Positions 42,518-63,111 of a stretch of 64,000 nt of DNA are shown piece by piece. How positions within the stretch are numbered: the stretch's first letter is position 1; the number at the start of each line of letters is the position of its first letter. The position numbers were made by a program, and so were the translations under genes. A model generated the notes under the pieces. It worked only from the letters and a program-made list of their open reading frames with translations. It searched no databases and was not told the DNA's origin. Source of the DNA: Bugula neritina (taxonomy: Eukaryota; Animalia; Bryozoa); the NCBI GenBank assembly GCA_964035545.1, contig OZ037767.1, positions 14,636,998 through 14,700,997 of the forward strand. The letters are read 5' to 3'.

Positions 42518-45500
42518 ATGAACATCTTAGCTCAAAGTAAGGGTTTCCACTCAAATTAAAGTATGACGATTTACTTTTAGTGACAACCTACTATAATTAT
42601 ATCATTTCTATTCTAATAGTAACCATTACTTCAACTTTATAATATAATATTAATTATAACTATAAGATTCACAAACTGAAAAGGCCAATGTAACTTTTAG
42701 TTTTTTCAGTAACACTAACAGCAACACTAAGACCAAAAGTAAGAGTAAGTATTAGTATATTTGTCGTTTAGTTTTGCTATTTTAGAAGTTAGCAGTTAGT
42801 GTTACTAGGCCTAGTTACTGATTGTATAGGTAGAGTCAAACTTTAGGTAAATGATTATAAAGCTATAGTATATTACTGTTACACTTGCTGTTAGTAACAC
42901 TGTGTTAGTATTACTATATTACTATTACTATTAGAAGATGCATAATTATGATTATGATTATCAGTGATGACAGATGTTAGTGGTAAGCACTAAAAGTTTG
43001 AAACACAATCAATGTAATAATAATATTAATAATAATGGTCAAAATATCAATCAAAATGACAATGAAGGCCAATTAGGTCAAGATAGTCATTAATTAAAGT
43101 ACCACTACTACTACTACTACTAGTCAGTAGTTATATGGATATTTGTTTTTGTAGTAAAACTAAAACTTCAATTATTAATAGTATGTTAGTGTTACTATTG
43201 GAATAAAAATCAGATTGAAATTAAAATAATAATGTTTCAACTGATGATTTAAATAATTATATTTGTAATTAAGATAAATATGATTTAATTTAAATGTATT
43301 ATAATTTATAATAATTATACAATTAATATCAATTTCCATTTAACTTGAAGTCAACCAATCTTAGTTGTCATTGGGATTGTCCACTGATTTTGTTATTGCG
43401 TCATATACTGAAAATAAATCTTATGCAAGTATTTATTTTATTTCAAGTTTTCAGCTTAATTTGGATAAAGTACTGGATCTATTACTTAGCCTTACAGTTA
43501 AAGTGTATCATTAAGTGACTAGCACTGCAACTGTTAAAAATGCATCATAGCTAGTATCATTGTTATATTTTTGCTCAAAACTAATATCTGAAGTTGTATT
43601 CATATTAATATTTGTTATAAATGTTAAACATCATGTTATTCATCATTTTGATTAATTATGGCATTTATATGCATGTTGTGATTATTATAATAATAAATTG
43701 ATAACTATAGTTTATTAGTACTAGTTTCATCATGATGAATATTTTCTTTAAGCATTTGGTTAAATTATTTCACTTATAAGCTAGCGTCAATCTCATTTCA
43801 CACAATGATTGTTTGAAAATGTAGCATTTCTTACATATCTACTCTCATTTTCAGTATGTTTAAATGTCGTTTAGCATTATTGCATCAATTTTTGAAAACT
43901 GGCGTAATTCAACTGAAAATATATCAAGCACCTATATGGTTCTTCTGTGTTTGTTGTGATCATTATGTGTAATAAGATTATATGTTATAAATTGGTGTGT
44001 GTTTAGAGTACAGAATACTCAGTAAGAAAGGAGAAGGCACTTTCTCTGAGGTTCTCAAATGCCAACTCAAACAAGATGGCTCCTACTGGGCCTGTAAGAA
44101 AATGAAACAGCGCTATGACAGGTTTGTTACTCACTCCGCTGTCAACCCACAATGTGCAAACAGCTTAAAATGAGCCGAACTAAACTATTGACCTTAGATC
44201 GATAGTATAATGTTATCTAAAATTAATTAATGTTATTAATATACTATTTTTGCTCATTGAACTTTTGCAATATTAATTAGCACCTAGTAACTAATAAGCC
44301 GTATCAAACTGTTCACATTCTAGTCTGCAATAACTGACAAAAACACAGCTAGTTTTCAAGTGGAGTTGTCAAACATGACTCGGTTTAGAGCTGCCAAAAT
44401 TTGCTGCTGCATCTCTGTCTTACATTTAGATACTAGAATAGTTTTAAATTAAAGTTAAATATTTTATTCAAGATCACCTGTGGTGTTCTGCACTTATTTC
44501 CTACAATAAACTGGCTAATGTCTAAATTCGTGTTTTGATTTAAGCCTTATTCAATTATTTAGTTAAAAGCTAAAGCTCTTGGTTACTGGTTATAGGAAAT
44601 GTTGGCAAGGTCATTGATTGACAGAGCATTGTGTGTGTTGGTATTGTTATGTTACCTTGTACACAATACACACATTCAGATGTATATAACGTAAAGCTAG
44701 CCACTCTACAGTTACAATAAATATAATCTCTAATACAGATTGATATACTAAAGTCAATAGTGGATTTGCTCCTGCATACTCTTAATATTGATTAATATGT
44801 TTGCTAATACTACTGCTTGACATTTCTATGTTCTTCTACTGTTTACTATTACTTGTTGATAAGCTTGTTTAAAGGGACTTTGATGTGCAATGTAACTCAG
44901 TACTTGGCTACCGATTCAACCAAACAGTAGAGTTTTATTGAGTCTGGTTTGTATGTTTGTAGCCTGGAACAGGTCAATAATCTCAGAGAAATACAAGCAT
45001 TGCGGAGGCTTGGCAACCACCCCAATGTGCTCAAACTGGAAGAAGTCATCTAGTACGTTGCACTAAGTCTATCACTGTTGTAGAAGTAGTTTGGTGTTTG
45101 ATAGGTAATAAAAGTCAAGGTTATCACCATGGATACCTATAGTGGTTGGGGATGGTAGTCAGTATTGCTATCTGGTAATGATAGGTTGTAGTTACGTCTA
45201 GTGCTAGTAAAAGAGACCTTGACTAATAGACTAAGTGCAGTTTCTTCAAATAGCGCTGGTTCTAAGGGAATTTTATAGCATTGGAGTTGGTCCGACTGAG
45301 AAATAAAACAGCCGCATTGAATACCCAAACTATAAACAACTTATGACCCCCCACCCCCCCCCCCCCCCGTAAACTGAGTAAATGCCACACCCCTGCACCA
45401 ATATTATGGTCCCTTCAAACATATGAAGCATTGAATAGTATTTGAGTTTTGTAATTTAAATATATATGCTACAATATGTTATTGCTACCTGTATTTGTGT

Positions 45501-48500
45501 CTCCCTCACCTGTACCGTATAACCCCCTCCCACTTCTACCTGCACTTAAAACTGCATCCAACTAGGATTGTAGGTAATAATAGAAGATTCTAGCATATTT
45601 AAAAGTTCCGAAATTGATATTAGAAGCAGAGCAGCCCTTAGAGTTGAACGAGGCGCACATCTAACTGCATGTGTTGTGTTACAGTGACAAGAAATCTGGA
45701 ACACTGGTGCTAGTATGTGAGCTGCTGGAGATGAACATATATGAAATGATTAAAGGTTGGTGAAGGATTGAATCATAGTGAAATAATCTAACTCGAAAAC
45801 TAGTACTAATAAGTGATAAAAATGTTTATTTTCATTTAAAGTTTTTCATAAACGTAAGTTTTGTAATTTTAAGAACTGAAATATTTGAATAAACTACCCT
45901 TTTTGACTGGTCTTTGTGTTTAGTATTAATATTACTATCTGTTGCACCATATATATGTATATTATATAGTGTAAATGTATATTATATACTGTAAATGTAT
46001 ATTATATAGCGTAAATGTATATTATATAGTGTAAATGTATATTATATAGTGTAAATGTATATTATATAGTGTAAATGTATATTATATAGTGTTAATGTAT
46101 ATTATATAGTGTTAATGTATATTATATATAATTTAGTACATGTATATTATGTAGTATGTAATATATATTTTATAGTGTATGCATTATATTATATATAGCT
46201 TATATTGTATGTTATATAGTGTATACTGTATATAATATAGTGTATACTGTATATTATATAAAGCTATGAACTATGCAGAATTTGGCCTACAGTAATACCA
46301 GTGCTCAGTATTACGTATCTTTATTTACTCTATAATGACTACATCTACTGTATTCAGTTTACGTGTTGTATAACAATTACCTCAACTGAATGTGTGCTGG
46401 CGGTCTATTGAAATTCAGTGAAAATCTAATTTAATAATCATGCCTGCCCATTCAAAAGTGGTATACTGTTTCTTTTTGTCACTGAATGAAATAGCCCTTC
46501 CACCTGACTGCCTTAATGCAATCTGCCTTTTACAGTTTGTGTAATTGTTTTCTACGGCCACAGATTTGCTCTGATTTGCTCAGGGGTGTCATATTTCAAT
46601 CGATTTCACAGATATCAAAGGAGTTAGCGATTGTCCAATCGATTGTCAAATCGAGTGAATGTGACAATGTAATTATTCATTGCCACAATACTCTCTGCTA
46701 TTATAATTATTTACTTGATTAACAAAATTTTCTCAACATTTGATACGTGTTTCGCTAAGAAATGAGTTTTCACTCTCTGCTCTTTTTCTCTCTCTCTATT
46801 AAGGGGCATGCATAACACAACTGAGTGAATGTGTAGCCCTAGTATAATATATAGTGTGTTAACTAGACTTTTGTACTATAAGAAATGTTATATGCAGGGC
46901 CTATAGAATCACTTTAATTGAAAAGGAATATAATTGTGTGTCCAGCCCAAATTATACTGTATACCAACAATTGTTGTTCTACTTTGCAGCTCTGCTACTA
47001 AATAACTGACTTATTTTACAGTTTTGCTACTTTATAGCCTGAGTTTAACTATTTCACAGTCTGAGCTTAACTGCAGTCTTTAATGCAGGTGGAAACGACT
47101 AGCTAACTCTCTGACCTTGAACTTGTGGATAGAAGGTCAATCGACTGCGTATGTCTCAGTTTGAACGTGTGTTAGGATTTGATGTTTCTTGCTGTGTAAC
47201 GTGTCTAAAGTAATACGTGAATTGATTACAGGAAAGAGGCATTATTTACCTGAGAAGAAAGTCAAGAATTACATGTATCAGTTGCTGAAATCTATAGACT
47301 ATATGCACCGGTGAGTGTAGGAGTTGTCCCCTCTTTAAACTAAGTATTAGACTATAGTTGACTGCTGGTAAATGGTAAATGTGGAGTTGTCTTCACAACT
47401 ATTCTTTCTTTCTGAAACCAGGTTAAGCATCTTCTCCTGTTTAATATATATCATGTATTGGTACTGTCATAGTTACATCATTTTCATATCAAATATTTAT
47501 CTCAAGTTTTTAATTTGCTTGTTTTGACCTAATTTACTTTGACCTAATTTATTCTGACCTGATTTATTCTGACCTACATAATTTATTTTGTGCTAATTCA
47601 CTTTGACCTATACAAAGATAAGTGTATGCATATGGTTGCCCTTTGTGGGTGTAAAAAAGTTATTTTCTCTTGAATTGCATTTCAGTAACGGAATATTCCA
47701 CCGGGATGTCAAGCCTGAGAACATTCTAGTAAAGGACGATTTACTCAAGTTGGCGGATTTCGGGTCATGCCGTAGTGTGTACTCTAAACACCCATACACG
47801 GAGTACATCAGTACAAGGTGGTACCGCGCCCCCGAGTGCCTTCTCACTGATGGGTACTATGGCTATAAAATGGACATATGGTCTGTAGGCTGTGTGTTCT
47901 TTGAAGTCCTGAGGTAATAATATTATTATCCGTGCAAACAGCATATATATGTATTCAATGATTCCTTTTGAATATGATTGATATGTTCCATGTTATTGTT
48001 TTAGCTTGTTATTCTGTTTTTCCCGTTCCAAATAACCTTGACCCAGTGTAGCTGCTCCGCAATACTTGACTTACTGAAGTTTTATTTTAGCGTACATTAT
48101 CCATTTTATACCTTTCCTCAAATATATTCTTCACATATGATTGTGGAGATGAATCCTCATGTAACATATCTCTATGTTCTGCTTATCCTCCAATTATAAT
48201 TTAGCCGATCAATATGTTTGTGTTGGCAGCTTTCACCCCTTGTTCCCCGGCAGCAACGAGGTTGATCAAATTAGCAAAATACATGACATTATGGGCACTC
48301 CCTCTCAGACAATGCTAGACAAACTCAAACAGTAAGCTGGTTTACTTTGTATACATTTTATATTTTACCTTCTCTCCTGTATATCTTCTATATTATACTT
48401 CCTACTATGTTAATTCCCTACTCTGTATATATTCTACGTTACACTCCCTACTCTATATATCGTCTATTTTTTGTTCTTCTCTCCTCTATATTTTTCAAGA

Positions 48501-50471
48501 TTTATGCACAGCATTTACCCCTCCCCCTAATCCTAATCATCATAGCTCTAGTCTTTTGCATCTCTCAGTAGGCGTGTAGTCCTGTTGAATTCTATTCAAC
48601 TTTTTCCTAACAAAATTTTTATATCAACTATAAAAGCATTTGACTTCAAAAACTGATTTACAATGTTGCGAGTTTTGCTATGCATGTTTCGTGAGCTAGA
48701 ATGTTTATGAGATGTTATTTCTTAAAATTTTTAGATGTCTTTTCATCTTCTGAATCTTGTTTGTAAGCAAAACCAGAGCCAACTGCTTGCAATAATTTGT
48801 AGAGAGAGTAGTTAGTAGTTACAGACGTGTGCATGTTCAACTTCGTCTGCGATGAGTCACTTTCATTTTACTGTGTGCCAACACTCACTGACACTACTCT
48901 GTTATTATTTTATGGTTTGTTATGATCAAATGTGGTGTTAGTTTGCACTGCTTCTCACGGTATATACAGTTTTGAAGTCGGCAGATTGTGATGTAATTTC
49001 CTGTTGTTTCTAGTAAAACTCGAGGTATAGACTTTAACTTTCCGCCAAAGCAAGGCAGGGGGATAGAGAAGATGTTACCTCATGTAGGGAAGCAGCCCGT
49101 GGAACTGATATATAAAATGTGCGAGTACGACCCAGATGAGCGAATCACAGCCAAACAAGCTCTACGCCACCCGTACTTCAAAGATATAAGGCTAGTGATT
49201 ATAGCTTATCCATTATCTAGAACTTTTACCAGCATTTTATAAATGTATTCGTAGAACTTTTCTTTTGGTGAATTGTATTTGGAGCCGAGTTTCAGTCTTG
49301 GATTCAAATCAGAAGTTATTAGCGAAAAGCCATCCATTTTACTAATATTATATATTTCTTAGTTATTATGTTGGAATTGTGTCCTCGTGTTTAGAGATGC
49401 TGAAAAGAAGGCCGCAGCTCTGGCAAAGAAGCAGCAACATGAGGCGGAGTTAAACAAAAAAGCAGACGACTCCCAGAATGCAGCAGAACATGACAACAGT
49501 GCTAATAAGCCAGGAGGGGACAATTCCTCTAAACCTCCCCATGTTCATCATAAGAAGAAGGTAGTTGGGGCGTCACATCTGTGTACTTACACTTTACAAT
49601 TAGCTGCAAATGTTGATAATTTTGCATTTTAAATAGTTTCGTGTTGAAGTTTAAAGACCTGAGTCTATGTGAAAAGTTTCTGTAATCATGAATTACTTAC
49701 GTTGCAACTTGACTTGTATAATTGTAATTTCTTTTCCTAGCTATATCATATTGATAATCTTCAATGGTGTGTATGTATGTAGTGTTTATTATAAATTTTA
49801 TAATAACTTGTAGAAGAAAGCTCATATAAAGCTGCAGAAAGAGTCCCAAGTTATACCGGCTGAGGGTGGTATAACACCCGCCCCGCTAATATTGCCAAAA
49901 ATGTTGAAACCTACCAAGTTAGCGTCTTCCTATAGCACTGCAACCTTCCCCGACAATAGTTTCCCTAAGTCTACGTTCCCAAAGCTACACAGTACCTCAA
50001 TGTTTCCTACATTATCAGAGGCGTTTAAAAAGGCTACAAAAGTGAGTCAAGTTATTGCCTTTTCACTTTTGTTTTCTCTGTCAGACTTGTTAGAAACTCT
50101 AGCGTTTTATCTGAGATTTTCAAGTCAGATAGCATTATAAAAATTTGAGCAGACTACTTGAAAATTAATGGTTTATTAAATTTGAATTTAGGTTAAAGAT
50201 AATTTCTGTCTAATGTAAGACATCTGTTTCACTAATGTTTTGTCAGCTGGCAAAACTTTTTCGTTTAAGTTTTGTATTCATTTTGATTTTTATTATGTTT
50301 ATTAGTATTATTATATTATGAACCCTAATTACACATCATATGATATTATATGATGATGGATTATCTTATATGATGAAACTTTTTACTCATGTGTTTTTTT
50401 TTCAGGGACCACATAAGACCATATTTGGACATTATCAGTTGCCGTCCATAGAGAAGAGGTCTGGTTACTGA
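42518..50471 (+). CDS. MOK: MAPK/MAK/MRK overlapping kinase (RCK family, ~446 aa)
   Basis: Exons 42518-42536 (first exon inferred from phase), 44007-44121, 44963-45052, 45685-45755, 47232-47310, 47686-47913, 48230-48331, 49014-49190, 49395-49560, 49814-50041, 50406-50471. Motifs: KKGEGTFSEVLK, ACKKMKQ, EQVNNLREIQALRRL, HRDVKPEN, DFGSCRSVYSKHPYTEYISTRWYRAPECLLTDGYY (TEY activation loop characteristic of MOK). Confidence 0.95.
45955..46130. repeat. 20-bp minisatellite
   Basis: ATGTATATTATATAGTGTAA x ~8 in MOK intron 4. Confidence 0.9.
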
Positions 50472-50561
50472 TGGGTCATCCAGTGTACTGATGAGTCATC
50501 TATTGTACTAATGAGTCATCTAGTGTACTGATGAGTCATCTATTGTACTGATGAGTCATCT
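50466..50561. repeat. 20-bp tandem repeat x ~5 starting at the MOK stop codon
   Basis: TACTGATGAGTCATCTA(T/G)TG units. Confidence 0.9.
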
Positions 50562-51441
50562 TTTCAACTTCCCATTCATGAGATTATATTTACTCCTCGA
50601 AGTCCATCCGAGACCTGCTAGTGAAACTTGCTGCCAGTGCACACAAATCTCCCTTTTCACTGAACAACTTATCAAAATTTGATATTTGTATTTTTTTAAA
50701 AACACCCTAATCTTTACGCATTCACCAAATACAGATTTTTACGCTGCTATTTTAATGAATTCTTCACTGTTTAAAATAAAAACCTTTTCGCTATCAGCAG
50801 CATGCAAGCCATGTTTATATTTTCTCCCACTTATCGTGGGTTTTTGTGCCAACCATACTTTGCTCCAGTGTATTTCCATTACAGTATATTAGCTATTTGC
50901 TTACCATGTTTATTTTTGGCAATGCTGCATATAATTGCCCATGACATTATTTTAATATTGATATTTATTGCTTCTAGATTATTATTGTGAAATTTGTACG
51001 ACTAGGAAATTGCACTCTTCACATTTTATACACTAGTTTTTTATATGAAGCAAACTACAAAATGTAAAAAGTCGCTATAACTATGTTTTGTGTTTATTTT
51101 CTTACAATAATATCAATGATAGAGCCAAATAAATCATGCTACTATATACTTTAAAAGATGTGTAAGTGAAGTTACATTATAAACTATGTACAAGAAATAA
51201 ACACCCATCAGTACAATCTAGTACTGACAAAACAGAATTCATATACAATTACAGTTCATAATATGGCTGTGTATGTTCATTAAGGAAACAACCTACATTC
51301 ATATACAGTGTAAATATAGTAATTACAACACGGTCTAACGCTACAGTCTGTCTCCTTGCATATACATGTGTATTATATTACCAGCATATATGACATTATA
51401 TTACTAGCGTATATAACATTATATTACCGGCGTACATATTA

Positions 51442-53311
51442 CTACACCAGGAGATGAGAGGGTTTTCTGCCTGGCCACGCCTCTTTGGCATATTTCTTTT
51501 TCTTTGGCAAATCGGGTTCTTCGTTGGTCTCCATCTTCACGTGAATCTTAGGATTAATGTCTACAGAAGGCAGCTGCACGCCCACAGAGATATCTGGAGC
51601 CAGGTTCGGTACGCTAATACCCAACTTTGCAGCAGTGCTGTACGGACTAGTCGAGTCAAGGTAATGACTACTCGGTTCATGCACCTGTACTAAGCTCCGC
51701 CCCTTAGAGACATCCTCCTGACCTAGGCTGTTGGCCATATTCTCCATCCGCTGTCTCTTGGTGGGTATAACTGTCGTCTGCACCAGGTTCCTGAATCTGC
51801 CGACGGAGGGGTCAATGTCTTCGGGGTTGATGACCTCCTCATCTTCATTGAACGTAATATGAGCTCTCTTCAACTTGCGCTTCTGCGCCTTCGCGTCTGG
51901 GAAAGCTACAAACAGCGGCAAACACCGCCAGTTGAGAATATACAAACAAAAGATTTTTTTGCATGTCACTTATAGAGTGAGAGAATGGCTCACTTTACCA
52001 AAATTTGTTTTTATACAACAACGGACAGGTGTTGGCAGGTGTCAAGAGTTGACACATACGCTTCTTTATACAACAACAGACAGGTGTTGGCAGGTGTCAA
52101 GAGTTGACACATACGCTTCTTGCTGACTAAGCAATGATACATACCAACAGAACTCTTGTCTATAATTCTGTTCTGAGCTGTATTGTATTCTGTCAGATGT
52201 TCCAGCTCTGATTCATCTTCCGGTAAACCAAAATGGCGGCCACCAGACGAAGACTTACTCCAAGCAGACTCGTCATTTTCGGCATTTTGCTGAGGTCTTT
52301 CCCGGATGATATATCTTCTGGTTGAGGCACCAAAGTGAAACTCACTAAAACATCGAGGAGATGTGCAGAATCTAAAACTTGCTTCAAATATGCTTGTATT
52401 GAGAAATAAATCTTCAATAACAAGAAAGAAAATGAGTCATCGATTGCTGCATGTTAAAACCTTAGGAAATGGAGAAGTTTATTCCATACATTATAAATTG
52501 CATAGTTGTTTATGTATCATCTGAAAAAAACACCTGTGTCTATAAAAACACTTTATGAATTTAGACTTCCTGCCAAATGCAACATTATAATTTTTAACAT
52601 ACACCTGAAAAGTTAATCTGATAGAATGGGCCAAATTTTATATTAGTTTCATATGTTAGGAGACTGATAGAACTTCACCATTCTAGCTTAAATTCACCCG
52701 CCACCCGCGCAGGACCACGGCGGTGAAAGGTGACCATTTTAGCTTAAATTCAGAGTGAGAAATAATGAGCCGACAATATTTTCACTTGGTTTCATTAGTT
52801 GAGTTCACAAAAGACGTAATTACTATTAATATTATATACAACAACTCGGCAAATTTAATCGTTTAGATTCAACAGTTAAATATCCATATTAAGATGAAGA
52901 TCAATATAAAGGTGAATATCAAGATAATTTTTATTATTATTTATATTATAATGAAAATAATATTCATAATCATAATGATTACGAATAAGTTTACCTGTCA
53001 GATGGCACTTGAGTAGGTTTTTTAGACTCAAGGCGCATTCTTCCAATCCATGTGCCATGTGTACTTCCTAAGTCAATCAGAAAAGGTCGATTCAGATGTT
53101 TATGCCAAATCATAGCAGAATGAACTCTTGAACAAGAATCATGCGGAACATGAAAATCGACTAGCTCCTTATTTCTACCAAAAAAGTAACATTTTTTCTG
53201 GTCACTCATTAACTTTTGAACGAGCTTTCCGTCTTTTGTTACATCTAAATGCAGGCCAACTGGAGGTTTGCCAGCCCAATTAGGAACTTCAAAATTATTT
53301 GCATTTGACAT
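51442..53311 (-). CDS. PPP1R8: Nuclear inhibitor of protein phosphatase 1 (NIPP1), FHA domain (~326 aa)
   Basis: Exons 53311-52995, 52344-52145, 51905-51442. Motifs: WAGKPPVGLHLDV, FHA GRN...SCSRVH...LIDLGSTHGT, FGASTRRYIIRE, GLPEDESELEHLTEYNTA, ITFNEDEEVINPEDIDPSVGRFRN, and C-terminal KKKKYAKEAWPGRKP. Confidence 0.96.
52010..52120. repeat. 55-bp tandem duplication in NIPP1 intron 2
   Basis: TTTATACAACAAC(G/A)GACAGGTGTTGGCAGGTGTCAAGAGTTGACACATACGCTTC x2. Confidence 0.9.
52698..52735 (-). mobile_element. ~38-bp GC-rich insertion, copy 2
   Basis: Reverse complement GGTCACCTTTCACCGCCGTGGTCCTGCGCGGGTGGCGG, flanked by the 20-bp direct repeat ACCATT(C/T)TAGCTTAAATTCA (52677-52696 and 52733-52752). 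Confidence 0.6.
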
Positions 53312-53922
53312 TTTGAAAATCGGTGATTCAGATTGAGATTCGGTAGGCTTAGACTAGTCATAGAAGTAGAAGTAGATCCACGCTCATTTGACGATTTACT
53401 TGTAAATTTCCGAAAAAAGTAAAGAATTCTTGAAACCCAAATTGGTGCTGTAGTCTGGTGAAGACGTTTTATAATAAAATATGCAGGAAACAATGACAAC
53501 TTTGCCTTTCCAAACACTACTACTAAACAGTATTACTACACTCAACAGCAAATTCAATTGAAAATCTAGTTGAATTGAATTTGGCATTGAAACAGCCTTA
53601 GCGCAAGTTCGTATTTATCTTGAAATAATATGACTAGGGTCCGTACTGACTTTTGTATATATAACGCTAAGCTAACGAAATTTTCTTTTCGACAGGACAC
53701 AGTAAATCTAGAAAAGACAACCCCTAGTTAGCCATCGAGTGTACTCGCAATATTGCGTGTGTAGAGTAGTACACTACAATCTACAATAGATTTTTATATA
53801 AAGTGTATTTGAAGTTATGGGCTCAAAAAACCTGGTTTCAATTATTCAAACCAAGCGATGTAACCTCGGTTAGCTATTGGTTAGTTATTCTATATCACTT
53901 GATGACACGTTATGCTTGACAT

Positions 53923-60549
<6,627 letters not shown>

Positions 60550-61995
60550 AATATCAAATTAGCTCTTTATGTTATTTAAATCATTGCATCTAGTGTATAT
60601 TATACTTCGACTTATTAGATTATTCCACAAGAAGTTACTGAAAAAACTCATGCACATGCAGGCCATTCTGGCAAACTATCCAACAAGTGATTTCTACATT
60701 TCTATATTCAATTCCTTTTTCAAGTCTTATGCTCAGGGGCAAGTGTATCATCTGTAACTATGGTAACTAAGATTGCTTTGCTTCCTGTTGTTATGGATCA
60801 ATATGTGTATAACAAGTTTATACTGTTGTCATACAGTTAATATACTGTTAATATTTGTATAACATATTTTTAAAATATTTTGCGGTAATCTGTACATTTT
60901 ATTCGTTTTTATTTGTCCTACGCATAGAGAAGACAATCTCTATAAGTTTACCTGGTTTTATTCTAACAACACTGAAAATATATATAATTAAATATACTCT
61001 AAAATTTCTACAGTCTATACTCTCGTAGAATAATGTTTAGTATAAGATTTTTACAGTTTATGTATATTCTCGGACTAAACTGTGAGGAATTTCGTATTGC
61101 ATGATCTCTACTCTCTGCCAAATACAACTGCATGTTATGGCAAAAATATCTCTAGTTTTCCATCATGAGGTTTAAGGTCTGATCATATGAAGAAGCTGAG
61201 CCTTATAGAAGTAGCCAAGAAGATGAAATTGTTTCATCATAGATGTGATAACATCTAATTTCTACCTGCACTAAAGATTATGCTTGCATCGCCCTGATGC
61301 ATCAACTACTTCGTTTAAATAACATTAAACTAATGATAAATCACTCTTATGATTTATACAATTCTGAAAAACGCAATAAATAATTTAGTTTATGCAAAGC
61401 TTGCATTTATCAGCCTAATATTACAGCTTCTAGCTAAAGCTTGGCAGTAAAGTTCTATTTACAGAAACTTTCTAGCAATTAAATAGCACTCTACAGCTTC
61501 ATTGCATAGTCTAAATCTACTGCACGTCAAGAATTTAAGATTTATGCTTGAATCAAAAACATGTTTCAAAGCTACTACAAAAGAACTGAGCAGTGAGGCC
61601 TACAAAGGTGCACTTTTTGTAGCTTTTTAGAGACTGTGTGCAATTTTTACCTGAAATTGAAAATTTCAAAAGTGAGTTTGTCAATTTTTTAGATGCTGAA
61701 AATATCAGGCTGTAGTGTTTTGAGTATAAAAGATAGTGAAATAATAGTCTATTGCTGAAAACAATGTCAAAATTCATTGCATAATTAGATAATCATGCTT
61801 GTATCATGACGTCTCAGAAATTAATCCTTGCTTCTAGTTCTTTACACTTAAACTCTGCACAAGCTTAAAACAGTTGGTTTCTTTGATATCGTAAACAGGA
61901 AATGGGGGGAGGCATGCATCATTGGTTACAGCTATTATCAAATATTAGCAGTTTTTCACTGTTCTCATTCTACATCCTCAACTCAAACAAACATC

Positions 61996-62947
61996 ATGGC
62001 TCGATTATTCTTGTAAGTCAAATACAGCTTTAGTCTGCTTTCAATGTTTTCAAATTACATTTCAGATAAAATTGTGTTTTATTTTATTTGAGTTTTCAAG
62101 AGTTGCCTGTTTTCAACATGAGATATGAAAAGACGTGCTTTCTTGCCACTAAACAGCTTTTTATTATGATTGGAACTTTGAGACTTGCTGGCAAAGATTT
62201 GAGCATCAAAATATAAATTTCACAATATGGGAGAGTGAAATGCATTATGTGAATGAAAATATTATGCTATTTTTAGGTTTTTGTAATTTTTTACTAATTC
62301 TGTAAAACTACATGCTATGACGTTGTATTCGAAGCTGTTAATCAGAATTGTTCTATAGGCAGCTTCGAGTTTGGGGTCAATAAGTGCAGGAGTATAGGGT
62401 TCTCAAGTTTGGAGACCTAACTCTAAACTTAATAACCCCAGACTACTGCACTCAATAACTCCATCTCGGAGCTGTCCATAGAACAAATATCTGAATCATA
62501 AAAAAGTGTAGCAAAGAGCTTTCAAATCATCTGAATATTTTACAGGTGTCTACAGTTGATGTCCCTAACAGCTATCTGTATTGGGTATGAAGTATATCAG
62601 GCAAAGCTTCCCAATGGTGGCACTACACCAAATCCATGCAAACCGGGCACTCTGTGGGTGGGCTTGGGTCACATGACACCGATGGGTGGCGGAAACAGAA
62701 ACAAGTTTGCCACTGACTTCCACGATGTTTACGGAGAGGTAAGCGAACCTTTCCCTAACTAACTTAGAATAATTTGTTGAAATGTGAATTATACCTGTAG
62801 CAGCTTCTAACCTAACGTTAAATTTCTCTTGTGAAATTACTTGATAACTGCAGGTATGGAATGTGGCATTATGTAATGCTGACTCAGATGGAGATGGGCT
62901 GACTAATGGAATGGAGCTTGGCGACCCCAACTGTACTTGGACTGAAG
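61996..62947 (+). CDS. Second temptin-domain gene (tandem paralogue), 5' exons only; probably continues beyond the window
   Basis: Exons 61996-62012, 62546-62738 and 62854-62947 have the same intron phases (2,0,1) as the upstream gene. Translation: MARLFLCLQLMSLTAICIG-YEVYQAKLPNGGTTPNPC...WVGLGH...RNKFATDF...VWNVALCNADSDGDGLTNGMELGDPNCTWTE. Confidence 0.85.
62345..62488. mobile_element. MITE family B copy (intron 1 of the second temptin gene)
   Basis: GAATTGTTCTATAGGCAGCTTCGAG ... CTCGGAGCTGTCCATAGAACAAAT, matching the TIRs of 33907-34026. Confidence 0.7.
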
Positions 62948-63111
62948 GTGAAAACTAGTCTGGTTTTATCCCCTAAGTTGTAGTAGTTTAGACTATTCAA
63001 ATTAAAGATAGTTTTGAGATAACTTTCAACTTGATTGTTAAAGCACTACTAAATGAATTTAACATTAGTAAAAAGATACCATAGAAATTGAGTTACTAAA
63101 ATAGCTTAAAA

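Noticed and set aside
52345-52392. In-frame upstream acceptor extending NIPP1 exon 2 by 16 codons
   Set aside because: It would insert residues into the conserved FHA domain; the 52344 acceptor matches known NIPP1 spacing.
52698-52735. HDV-like ribozyme fold in the 38-bp insertion (a P1-like pairing can be drawn)
   Set aside because: There is no P4, no J4/2 catalytic C segment and no separate 3' P2 strand; a simple hairpin explains the complementarity.
60754-60767. X-box-like GTAACTATGGTAAC between the two temptin genes
   Set aside because: Imperfect match, 1.2 kb from the next ATG, and no reason to expect RFX control.
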